From Trueperaceae bacterium (GTDB lineage Bacteria; Deinococcota; Deinococci; Deinococcales; Trueperaceae), in contig OZ243956.1 in assembly GCA_965214405.1 (NCBI GenBank), positions 192,001 through 256,000 of the forward strand: 64,000 nt of DNA, given 5' to 3'. How positions within the stretch are numbered: the first letter of the stretch is position 1; every line of letters starts with the position of its first letter. A model generated the notes under the pieces. That model made no database searches. It was given only the letters and a program-made list of their open reading frames with translations, and had not been told where the DNA came from. A program made the translations under genes and the position numbers. Of the stretch, positions 55,374 through 64,000 are shown piece after piece.

Positions 55374-56525
55374 ATGCTTTCGGAACTCCGCTCGAGCGAA
55401 CCCCCAACACATCCTGACCCGCACCCCGCACCCCTCCCCTTTCTCGACCTCGCACCCGAAACGGACGCGCTCTGGGACGAACTCAACGCCGCTTTTCAAC
55501 GTGTGCTGAGGAGCGGGCAGTTCGTCATGGGTCCCGAGGTCGCGGCCTTTGAGGAGGAGGCGGCGCGCCACCTGGGCGCGGCGCACGCCGTCGGCGTGAA
55601 CTCGGGAACCGACGCGCTGCTCGTCGGCCTGCGGGCGCTCGGCGTGGATCCGGGCGACGAGGTCATCACCACGCCCTTTTCCTTTTTTGCGACTGCCGAG
55701 GCGATCAGCAACGTGGGCGCGGTGCCCGTGTTTGCCGACGTGGACCCGCACACCTTCAACCTAGACCCCGCCAGAGTCGCGGAGAAGATCACGCCGCGCA
55801 CCAAGGCCGTCGTGCCCGTTCACCTCTACGGCCTCCCTGCGGCGATGGACGACCTCAGTGAGATTGCCGAGGCGCACGGGCTTTTGCTGCTCGAGGACTG
55901 CGCCCAAAGCTTCGGCGCGCGCGTCAAGGGGCGGGCAACGGGCACGCTGGGTCACGCGGGCGCTTATTCCTTTTATCCGACCAAAAACCTGGGCGCTTAC
56001 GGCGACGGCGGCCTGCTCGTCATCCACGACGACGCCACCGCTAAGACGGCGCGGATGCTGCGCGATCACGGCGCGATGAAGCGCTACCACAACGAGGTGC
56101 TGGGCTACAACTCGAGGCTCGACGCGCTCCAGGCCGCCCTGCTCCGGGTCAAGCTGCCCTACGTCGACGCCTGGAACGAGGCGCGGCGGCGGGTGGCGGG
56201 GTGCTATAACTCGCTCCTGGAGGATTTTCCGAACGTCATCACGCCCGCGCTCGCTGAGGGCCACGTGTTTCACCAGTACACTGTGAGACTTGTGGACGTA
56301 GACCGCGACGCGGTGCAAGCCGAACTCAAAAACTTGGGCGTCAGCACGATGGTCTACTACCCCGTGCCGCAAGACCGGCTCCCCGTCTACCGGGGCCAGC
56401 ACCCCAGAAATCCCGTGAGTGACCGCCTCTCAGCCGAAGTCCTGTCGCTGCCCATCTGGCCCGCCATAACGCTTGACGCGCAGCGGCGCGTCGCTCAAGC
56501 CCTCGAGACCGCGCTGCGGAGCTAG
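55374..56525 (+). CDS. DegT/DnrJ/EryC1/StrS sugar aminotransferase
   Basis: NSGTDAL, EDCAQS, SFYPTKNLG. Confidence 0.93.
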   Translation: MLSELRSSEPPTHPDPHPAPLPFLDLAPETDALWDELNAAFQRVLRSGQFVMGPEVAAFEEEAARHLGAAHAVGVNSGTDALLVGLRALGVDPGDEVITTPFSFFATAEAISNVGAVPVFADVDPHTFNLDPARVAEKITPRTKAVVPVHLYGLPAAMDDLSEIAEAHGLLLLEDCAQSFGARVKGRATGTLGHAGAYSFYPTKNLGAYGDGGLLVIHDDATAKTARMLRDHGAMKRYHNEVLGYNSRLDALQAALLRVKLPYVDAWNEARRRVAGCYNSLLEDFPNVITPALAEGHVFHQYTVRLVDVDRDAVQAELKNLGVSTMVYYPVPQDRLPVYRGQHPRNPVSDRLSAEVLSLPIWPAITLDAQRRVAQALETALRS

Positions 56526-56611
56526 CTCAACAGGTTTATGAACAGTGTTTGGTGCCCTAGCGCCTCTCCCCAATCTTGGTTCCTTCTAGTGCGCGCAATC
56601 TTTTGTAGAAC

Positions 56612-57640
56612 GTGAAACCGGAAGAGATGAGCACCGTCAGCGTCATTATCGTCAACTGGAACGGTCGGCATCATTTGGAAATTTGTCTGCCCGCCCTTTA
56701 CACCCAAGCGCGCCCGGCGGACGAAATCATCGTGGTCGATAACGGCTCCTCGGACGATTCTGTGGCTTTTGTGAGGGAGCATTATCCAGAGGCCAAACTC
56801 GTCGAGACGGGTGAAAACTTGGGCTTTAGCGGGGGCAACATCGCCGGATACGCGGTTGCGACGGGCGCGTACATCGTGCTGCTCAACAACGACACGAAGC
56901 CGCTGGTAGGTTGGCTCGAGGCGCTCGTGAAAAGCGCCGACGCGCGGGATGACGTGGGCGTCGTCGCCTCGCTCATGACCGACTGGGAGGGGCGCGTTAT
57001 CGACACCGCCGGGGACGGGTGCAGCGTGACGGGGCGGGGCTACCACCTGCACAAGCTCGAGCCTGTACCCGCGACGTTAGCATCAAAACTAGCATCAAGA
57101 GATGTGTTTAGCGCCTGCGCGGGGGCGGCGCTATACAAACGGGAGATGCTGCAAGAGATAGGCTTTTTGGACCCGCGCTTTTTTATGAACGCTGAAGACA
57201 CCGACCTGAGCTTCCGCGCGCAACTCGGCGGCTGGAAGGTTCACTTCTGCGCGCAGTCGGTGGTGCGCCACCGCATCTCCGCGAGCCAGGGCGCGGCCTC
57301 GGGGCGGAGCGTATTTTTTAACGCCCGGAACCACCTCTGGTGTTACCTGAAATGTATGCCGCTGCCGCTCATCATCCTGTACAGCCCGGTGCTGCTGGCG
57401 GAAACCCTTGCGCTCTGGATGCTCTACCTGACCCAGGGCAACGGGACGGCGTACGCGCGGGGCCTTATGGCGGCGGTGCGGGGGGCGCGGGAGGTGTTAG
57501 AGGAGCGCAAGCGCGTTCAGGCGGGGCGCAAGCTTTCGGTGCGGGCGCTCCACAAAAAACTCTCCTGGCCGCGCCTGATTGAGGCGGGGTTGGGGCGCGT
57601 CAAGGCATCTTCACAGTTCTCTTCAAATTCACGCCGATGA
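56612..57640 (+). CDS. Glycosyltransferase family 2
   Basis: VVDNGS.D, LLNND, EDTD. Confidence 0.9.
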   Translation: MKPEEMSTVSVIIVNWNGRHHLEICLPALYTQARPADEIIVVDNGSSDDSVAFVREHYPEAKLVETGENLGFSGGNIAGYAVATGAYIVLLNNDTKPLVGWLEALVKSADARDDVGVVASLMTDWEGRVIDTAGDGCSVTGRGYHLHKLEPVPATLASKLASRDVFSACAGAALYKREMLQEIGFLDPRFFMNAEDTDLSFRAQLGGWKVHFCAQSVVRHRISASQGAASGRSVFFNARNHLWCYLKCMPLPLIILYSPVLLAETLALWMLYLTQGNGTAYARGLMAAVRGAREVLEERKRVQAGRKLSVRALHKKLSWPRLIEAGLGRVKASSQFSSNSRR

Positions 57641-58563
57641 GCCAGCCTGTAAAAACACCCGTCTGCGCGATTATCGTCACCTACTACCCCGACGACGACT
57701 TCGGCGCGCGCCTGGCCGTCATTGCCCGTCAGGTCGAGCACACCATCATCGTGGACAACGGTTCAGCACCGGAGACGGTGCGTAAACTCGCCGCGCTCAC
57801 GTCTGAGCGGGTTCAGCTCGTCACCAACGGGAAAAATTTGGGCGTCGCCGCGGCGTTTAACCGGGGGCTCAACGAGGCGCTGGCTCGAGGCTTTTTGTGG
57901 GCCGTCACCTTTGACCAGGACAGCCGCCCGGCGGAGGGGATGGTCGCGGCGCTTCTGGAGGTGGAAAAGCGTTCTCCCCCTCACGCCGCCCCCGTTGCCC
58001 TGGTCGGCCCCACCATCATCGACGAAAACGTGCCCGACGCCCCCTACCGCTTCCTGCGCCCGCACCCGCGCTTTTCCCTTTTACCCCAACGCGTCGGCAG
58101 CGAAGGGGGATTAGAGAACGTCACCTTTGTGATTTCCTCCGGCGCGCTCCTAAACCTGACGCTTTTTAGAAAGCTCGGCGGCTACCGCGAAGATTTGTTT
58201 ATCGACTATGTGGACACCGACTACTGCCTGCGCGCCAAACGCGCGGGCTACCGCGTCGCGGTGAGCGCCGCGGCGACGCTTTTTCACCACCGGGGCGCGC
58301 GCCAAAAGGTCGAGCGCTGGGGCCGCACCTTTCGGCCCACGTTTTACAGCCCCACGCGGTACTACTACTTGGCCCGCAACGGGGTCTTGATGACGCGCGC
58401 GCACGCGCTGCGCTTCCCGCACTGGTTTCTTTTCGACTTAGCCGCGACGCTCAATAACGTTTTGCGCTTGGGGCTCGAGGACGACCGCCGCGCCAAACTC
58501 CGCGCGGCGCTGGCAGGGCTGCACGACGGCCTGCGCGGACGCACCGGACCCAGACCCGGTTAG
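57637..58563 (+). CDS. Rhamnosyltransferase-like GT2 (RfbF-type)
   Basis: VTYYP, FDQDS, ISSG, FIDYVD, RYYY..RN. Confidence 0.85.
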   Translation: MSQPVKTPVCAIIVTYYPDDDFGARLAVIARQVEHTIIVDNGSAPETVRKLAALTSERVQLVTNGKNLGVAAAFNRGLNEALARGFLWAVTFDQDSRPAEGMVAALLEVEKRSPPHAAPVALVGPTIIDENVPDAPYRFLRPHPRFSLLPQRVGSEGGLENVTFVISSGALLNLTLFRKLGGYREDLFIDYVDTDYCLRAKRAGYRVAVSAAATLFHHRGARQKVERWGRTFRPTFYSPTRYYYLARNGVLMTRAHALRFPHWFLFDLAATLNNVLRLGLEDDRRAKLRAALAGLHDGLRGRTGPRPG

Positions 58564-58805
58564 GTTTTATAGGGAACTCACCTTCTCGCGTAGGTTAGGG
58601 AATACAGAAGGCAAAAGAGATATAGAAAAGCCTGTCTGTGTTCTCCCTCCCGCCTTTTCCTTTCAGCACGTTGTGAACCCCGCCTCAGTGACCTGTGCGT
58701 GAGACGAGTAAGAAATGAAAGCAGCACTATTTTTCCTTGAAACGGTGCCCACTCCACTGACGCAAATTCAACAGCGTTTTCTCCCCCGTCCCCCTATACT
58801 CGCCC

Positions 58806-59228
58806 ATGCGCGGCTCTTTTCAAGTTCTTGCGGTGGCGGCCGTCATCTTTTTTGGCGTCGGCGAGTTTTTGGGCGGCTGGTACGTAGGCGTCGCGCCGCA
58901 GACGCCCGTGCTGGTTTATAAAAAGACCCACACCACAACCCTTACGCGGCGCGTCACTGGAGACACGTTTACCTTTGACTTGGGCGGCGAGGTGAGAGGG
59001 GGCACCGTGACGGTCGAGGGTCTTTACGAACGTCCCGCCTCCTACCAAAATCCGGGCCGGGCCGCCCTGCCGCCGCGCGAGCTCTTTAACAAACGCTTTG
59101 GTCCCGGCGAGAGGGTGCGCGTGGCGGAAACCTTAAAGGCGGGAACGGGCGTGTACCGGGTGCGAGTTACGTTCGAGGCGGCGACCGGGCTGTTTCACAT
59201 TGAGGTGCCCGCGGCGAGCGAGCTTTAG
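58806..59228 (+). CDS. Membrane-anchored hypothetical protein
   Basis: Leaderless TATACT-N5-ATG; N-terminal TM; beta-rich body. Confidence 0.7.
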   Translation: MRGSFQVLAVAAVIFFGVGEFLGGWYVGVAPQTPVLVYKKTHTTTLTRRVTGDTFTFDLGGEVRGGTVTVEGLYERPASYQNPGRAALPPRELFNKRFGPGERVRVAETLKAGTGVYRVRVTFEAATGLFHIEVPAASEL

Positions 59229-59397
59229 CAAAGAGTGACGAGGGGTAAGGGATGAGGGGCTGTCTAGGGTAGTTGCTCCGGTAGCCAAGCGTTTTTAAGA
59301 GTTTCTCGCCGGGTCTACATTGCCTTTTCCACGTTTCGGGGTAGACTTCACGGCGTGTGCGCGGCTGTGGCAGGTGGTTGTGAGGGGTAGAGAGAGC

Positions 59398-60336
59398 GTG
59401 GAGGAGCTTGGGTCGCTCGAGCCCCTGCGCGAGTCCCGAGTCAGCGTCATTATCCCGACGCTCGACGCGGGACCCTTGGCGGAGGGTCTGGTGGCGGCGC
59501 TCTGCGAACAGACGCCGCCGCCCTCCGAACTCATCATTCTCGATTCAGAAAGCGCGGACGGGACGCCTGATGTATTTGAGCGGGCGGGGGCGCAAGTTGT
59601 GTCCGTCTCGCGTAAAGCGTTTCATCACGCAAGCGTGCGTAATCAGGGGGCAATGCTCGCTAAAGGAAACATTCTCGTCTTCTTGACCCAGGACGCGCGC
59701 CCCGAGCACCCGGAGTTTTTGGCGCGCCTCGCAGCCCCGCTCGCCGCGGGGGAGGCTGCCGCCGCTTTTGCGAGGCAGCGGCCCCGCGATGAGGCGACGC
59801 CGCTCGAGCGCTACGCGCGCGAGACCAACTACCCCATCCAGGGCCGCGTTGTCACGCAGGATGACGTGGCGCGGCTCGGGGTGCGCGCTTTCTTTTTCTC
59901 CAACAGCGCGTCCGCGGTGCGGCGTGACGTTTGGGAGCGCCTGGGCGGCTTTCCGGGACACACCATCATGAACGAAGACATGCTTTTCGCGGAAAAACTT
60001 TTGCGCGCGGGCGGGCGCGTCGCTTACGCCGCCGACGCGGTCGCGGAGCACTCGCACGACTACACGGTGTCACAAACTTTCCGGCGCTACTTCGACATCG
60101 GGGTGGTGTTCGCCCAGGCACCCGAACTCGACCAAACGTCGCTGGGCGGCGAAGGATTTCGGTATGTTGGCGACCTTTTAAGGTTTCTCACCGCGCGTAG
60201 ACTTTATACTTGGGTACCAAAAGCGCTTTTAGAGAGCGCCGCAAAGTGGGTGGGTTTATCTTTAGGGAAAAAACATCGTCAACTGCCGCGCGCGCTGGTA
60301 AGGCGCGCGAGTATGCACCGGGCTTACTGGCGCTAA
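59398..60336 (+). CDS. Rhamnosyltransferase-like GT2
   Basis: DSES.DGT, F.HA..RN, FLTQDA, FFSN, NED, HSHDY, RRYFDIG. Confidence 0.88.
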   Translation: MEELGSLEPLRESRVSVIIPTLDAGPLAEGLVAALCEQTPPPSELIILDSESADGTPDVFERAGAQVVSVSRKAFHHASVRNQGAMLAKGNILVFLTQDARPEHPEFLARLAAPLAAGEAAAAFARQRPRDEATPLERYARETNYPIQGRVVTQDDVARLGVRAFFFSNSASAVRRDVWERLGGFPGHTIMNEDMLFAEKLLRAGGRVAYAADAVAEHSHDYTVSQTFRRYFDIGVVFAQAPELDQTSLGGEGFRYVGDLLRFLTARRLYTWVPKALLESAAKWVGLSLGKKHRQLPRALVRRASMHRAYWR

Positions 60337-61682
60337 CAGTCGCGCGCTTTACCGTTCCCGTTTTGCTCGCGCTGTCCGACGTTGCGGCGATTATAGGGGC
60401 CATGTTCCTCGCCATATTCTTGCGCGACGCGGTGCTGCCCGCGTTTGGCTTGGCCCCCTTTAGCCCTATTCTGAACTACACGACGCTCTGGCCGGTCTTG
60501 GTGCTTTTTGTGCTCGCGCGGGCCATGTTCGGGCTCTATCCCGGCTACGGCGTCCATTCGGCGGAGGAGCTGCGGCGGGGCGTGGTGTCAACCGTGGTGG
60601 TGGTGTTTTTCGTGCTCGCGGGGAGCGCGCTCTTTCAGTTTTCGAGCGTCTACTCCCGCGCGGTCCTGGTGCTCGCGGGCGTTATCGTGCTCGTCGGGCT
60701 GCCGCTCGTGCGGGCTCTGGTCAAGGCGCTTCTCGCGCGCACCCCCTTTTACGGCGAACCCCTGTGGGTTATCGGCGCGTCGCCGCAAGCGGACGCGCTC
60801 GTCGCTATTTTGGAGCAGCGGCGCGTGCTGGGGCTGCGCGTGGCGGGACGAAGCTCGAGCCTGCCCGAGCGCCCGCTTTTCGTCCGCACCTGCTTGGTCG
60901 TCCCCGACCCCGCCAAAACGCACGTGCCCTCGCTTTTGGACGGGCTGTACCGGCGCTTCGAGCGTGTCTGGCTGGTGCCCGACTTGCTGGAAGTGGCGAG
61001 CGTGTGGGTTATCCCCCGCGACCTCGAGGGGCACATCGCCCTAGAGCTTCGCAACAACCTGGTCAAGCCCATGAACCGCATCCTCAAAAGGACGCTCGAC
61101 CTAAGCCTCATGCTCTTGCTCCTGCCCGTCGTCTTTCCCCTCTGTATGGTGCTGGCCCTGCTCATCCGTCTAGACTCCAAGGGTCCTACGCTGTTCGGTC
61201 ACGAGCGCGTGGGCAGAGACGGTGAAACCTTTACCGCCTGGAAGTTCCGCACCATGTGTACAGATTCGGACGCGCAACTCGCCGCCTACTTGACGAGCCA
61301 CCCCGAGGCCGAGCTCGAGTGGCTCGAGACCCGCAAGCTGCGCCACGACCCGCGCGTCACGCGCCTGGGTCGCCTTTTACGCCGGTTGTCTTTGGACGAA
61401 CTGCCCCAGGCCTGGAACGTCCTGCGGGGCGACATGAGCTTGGTCGGCCCGCGCCCCATCATGGCGGACGAGCTCGAGTGGTACGGCGACAAGGCGCACC
61501 TCTACACCCGCGTGCGCCCCGGCATCACCGGTCTCTGGCAGGTCTCGGGCCGCAACACCCTGAGTTACGCCGAGCGCGTCCGCTTAGACGCCTACTACGT
61601 GCGTAACTGGTCGCTGTGGCTCGACCTGGTCATCATGAGTCAGACGGTCGCGGTCGTCCTCAAGGCCGAGGGGGCTTATTAA
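60210..61682 (+). CDS. wbaP: Undecaprenyl-phosphate sugar phosphotransferase (WbaP-like); true start probably near 60320-60340
   Basis: KRTLD, KFRTM, DPRVT, SLDELPQ, GDMSLVGPRP, PGITGLWQVSGR. Confidence 0.9.
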   Translation: MGTKSAFRERRKVGGFIFREKTSSTAARAGKAREYAPGLLALTVARFTVPVLLALSDVAAIIGAMFLAIFLRDAVLPAFGLAPFSPILNYTTLWPVLVLFVLARAMFGLYPGYGVHSAEELRRGVVSTVVVVFFVLAGSALFQFSSVYSRAVLVLAGVIVLVGLPLVRALVKALLARTPFYGEPLWVIGASPQADALVAILEQRRVLGLRVAGRSSSLPERPLFVRTCLVVPDPAKTHVPSLLDGLYRRFERVWLVPDLLEVASVWVIPRDLEGHIALELRNNLVKPMNRILKRTLDLSLMLLLLPVVFPLCMVLALLIRLDSKGPTLFGHERVGRDGETFTAWKFRTMCTDSDAQLAAYLTSHPEAELEWLETRKLRHDPRVTRLGRLLRRLSLDELPQAWNVLRGDMSLVGPRPIMADELEWYGDKAHLYTRVRPGITGLWQVSGRNTLSYAERVRLDAYYVRNWSLWLDLVIMSQTVAVVLKAEGAY

Positions 61683-61798
61683 CTCGGCGTAGGTTCGGCA
61701 CAGGTTTGACGCGCTTTCACTAGAGGCTCAGCGGAACATTTTTCTTTTGTAGGCGTTCTTTAAGAATCTTGTGAGACGGCCTGGGGCACACTGAGTCC

Positions 61799-62035
61799 AT
61801 GAAGCTCGAGCCTTTCCTCCGGGTCATAGCCAAAACCATCCTGCTGAGCAACGTTTTTATCGTGTTTGCGAACCTTTTCGCGCTGCTCGCTTACAGCCCG
61901 GTCCTGCCCGATCCAGCGCGTTTCGCGCTCCTCATCACCGCGCACGCCGTCGCCACCTTTTTGACCGCGGGTCTACTTACCGGCCGTGCGCTCAGCAACA
62001 CGCACCCATCGAGCTGTGGCCGTCAAGGCCGGTAA
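61799..62035 (+). CDS. Small hypothetical membrane protein
   Basis: Two hydrophobic stretches; no motif. Confidence 0.35.
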   Translation: MKLEPFLRVIAKTILLSNVFIVFANLFALLAYSPVLPDPARFALLITAHAVATFLTAGLLTGRALSNTHPSSCGRQGR

Positions 62036-62264
62036 CGGAGGCGTAGGGGGCGGCACAGGGCTCGAGCCCCGCGCACCTAAAAAACAGCGGTGTACCACGT
62101 AAAGCGTGTGCGACTCTTCACAAACTCCGTCACCGGTGTAACGACACCCGTACACACCCTTCGGGACGCTAAAAGACCTCCAAAGGAGCAAAAGTAAGTC
62201 TTCTGTAAGGATTTTGTAAGGAATCACCCGTTAAGCTCGAGCCCGTGCAGCCGAAGGAGCATCC

Positions 62265-62612
62265 GTGAGACACTGCAAGGGCTTTAGCACCACAGAACTG
62301 CTTATCGTGACAACCATCCTGGCCCTCTTGCTGGCGCTGGGACTACCCAATTTGCTTCACGCCAGAGCGAACGCCCGGGAGGCCAGCGCCAAAATCTACG
62401 CGACAACCGTTTATAAGGTCGCCCTTGCCCACATCCTCGAACCCGCCAACACCCTCGTCGAGGGCGACTGCAAAACGTCATACGTCGCCGGAAACTTGAG
62501 CGCGCCCGGCTCCAGCTACGTAAAATCGTGCCTCGTAAAAGATGCGGGGGACGGAACCCCGGAGGTAACCGTTGAGACGCTGGCAGGGACGATTTTCAGC
62601 CTTCCGCAGTAG
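62265..62612 (+). CDS. Type IV pilin-like protein
   Basis: AAGGAG RBS; prepilin site KG|FSTTE then hydrophobic helix with LP; C-terminal cysteines. Confidence 0.82.
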   Translation: MRHCKGFSTTELLIVTTILALLLALGLPNLLHARANAREASAKIYATTVYKVALAHILEPANTLVEGDCKTSYVAGNLSAPGSSYVKSCLVKDAGDGTPEVTVETLAGTIFSLPQ

Positions 62613-63013
62613 AGAACACGAACTCACCACCTTCAAAAGAGCAGGCACCGATGGGCTTGGTGACCTCGAGCCTTAGCCGAAGAGCCCCCACCCCCCTCGA
62701 GCCCGTGCATCACCGAACGACTTTGGGTAGACCCTAAGCCTGATAAAGCGTTGGGCGATTTTGGTAAGACCACCTCAGTAAGCCCGGTGATGAAGGTCAA
62801 TGGCTTCAACAAAGACAGTCGCGCCGTCGCTCTCTACACGGAAGATGATGCGGTAGTTACGGACCCTCCGGCGGTAGCCCGAGACGCCTCGCAGCTTTTT
62901 CACGTCGCCCGCCCAGGGGTCTTGTGTCATCTCACCCAGCGCCTCTTCGACAGCGGCGGCGTCATTGGGTTGCTTTTGCGCTAAGCCGTCTAATTACTTC
63001 TGAACCTTACGCT

Positions 63014-63202
63014 TTAAGAGGACGTTGTAGGTTGCCACGGCACATAATCGTCCTCGTCAAAAGGTTCTGACAGCGCCTCCACCTCATCGGGCGCGGGGTC
63101 GTCTTCGGGCAAGGTGAGGTCGGCGATAAACCGCTCCACCCGCCTCAGCTCCGCCTCGCTCAGCCGCTCGAGGTCTCTATACAACTTTTATATGAGGGTC
63201 AT
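63014..63202 (-). pseudogene. Small antitoxin-like gene (DUF2281-like) with premature stop
   Basis: MTLI*KLYRDLERLSEAELRRVERFIADL...DYVPW; TAA at codon 5 (63188-63190). Confidence 0.55.
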
Positions 63203-63394
63203 GAGTCATTTTAGCACGGTAGCTCGAGCCCCCACCCCACCAAACTCCGTTAAAGCCCGTAAAGCCTGTGAATCATTAAAAGGCGTTGGGTAGATGTGAG
63301 CCTGATAAAGCGTCCGGCGGTTTTGGGGCGGGGCTCGAGTCGGGTGTTGAGGGATAGAGAACACCTCACTTTCGTGCTGGGGTACACTAAGCCC

Positions 63395-63712
63395 ATGTGC
63401 GAAAGGGAGCAACCACCGCTCGAACTTCAGCGCGCCGCCGAATGTGTGGGACGCGCCACGGGCGCAGAGGCCGTCATCTTGTTTGGGTCGTTCGCTCGCC
63501 GTCAAGAGGACGAAAACAGCGATATAGACCTTCTATACATCGTTCCTGATGATGCCGACCTCATGACGTTAGCCGCCTTGGCCGAGCGTTCTTTGTGGCC
63601 CCGACACCTGCCCATAGACCTCGTTCCCATGCGCCGCAGCCACTGGCTCGAGGGTCGCTCCTCTTTGGCAAGACGCGCGGCGCAAGAGGGCGTCGTGCTA
63701 TATGCCACCTGA
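63395..63712 (+). CDS. Minimal nucleotidyltransferase (MNT antitoxin)
   Basis: LFGSFAR....SDIDL, PIDLV; leaderless TACACT-N6-ATG. Confidence 0.9.
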   Translation: MCEREQPPLELQRAAECVGRATGAEAVILFGSFARRQEDENSDIDLLYIVPDDADLMTLAALAERSLWPRHLPIDLVPMRRSHWLEGRSSLARRAAQEGVVLYAT

Positions 63713-64000
63713 CCAGCGGGAGGCGCTACGCTGGGCTGCCTACGCCGAGGAGGATTATGAATACGCCCTGCTCGGGCTCCAGACCCACCCCAGAAACGCC
63801 GGTTGGGACTTTCACCAAGCCGCCGAAAAGTATCTCAAGGCGGCGCTGCTTAACGTTGGGCAGGAGCTCCCTCGCACCCACGACTTACTAAGGCTCCTGA
63901 GTCTCCTCGCGCCCGAACTTCCGAGTGACGACGAACGCGTCATCGCGGCCAGCACCCTGGCCCTCTTCGGCGTGGCGAGCCGCTACCCCGGTGATCTGCC
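63702..64000 (+). CDS. HEPN domain protein (runs off window end)
   Basis: Manual translation MPPDQREALRW..AEED...FHQAAEKYLKA...PRTHDL...SRYPGD. Confidence 0.9.
   Translation, partial: MPPDQREALRWAAYAEEDYEYALLGLQTHPRNAGWDFHQAAEKYLKAALLNVGQELPRTHDLLRLLSLLAPELPSDDERVIAASTLALFGVASRYPGDL

Noticed and set aside
57078..57100. 12-bp in-frame duplication (LASKLASR) in a GT2
   Set aside because: Trivial loop duplication.
62751..62984. 77-aa ORF upstream of the TA relic
   Set aside because: No RBS or recognisable motif; cannot be supported.

Overview
High-GC bacterial chromosome segment. Gene content and frequent leaderless promoters suggest Deinococcota, probably Truepera-like (inference). Ordinary genes dominate: an amino-sugar ABC/catabolic operon with a GntR regulator, csp, proC, tgt, galK, ccdA plus a complete ccm operon, an acyl-ACP desaturase, alr, osmoprotectant and amino-acid ABC transporters, fatty-acid catabolism genes, tal, gabD, and a glycosyltransferase/WbaP/pilin locus. 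No rRNA, tRNA or cas gene was recognised. The notable signals are mostly small or non-coding: (1) a ~280 bp recombinase-less IS110-like element with a long structured RNA (possible bridge RNA) upstream of tgt, followed by a separate pseudoknot motif; (2) a decayed integron with intI remnants, attI/attC-like sites and MazF and CcbP cassettes; (3) an orphan two-repeat CRISPR mini-array; (4) a DUF3445 heme N-demethylase-like gene inside the amino-sugar operon, under a perfect dre-like operator; (5) an intact IS (17-bp IRs, 7-bp TSD) that separates a GGDEF domain from its RHH tail; (6) several intact or broken toxin-antitoxin modules; (7) strong over-representation of CTCGAG. All family calls come from recognising motifs by eye; no database search was run.
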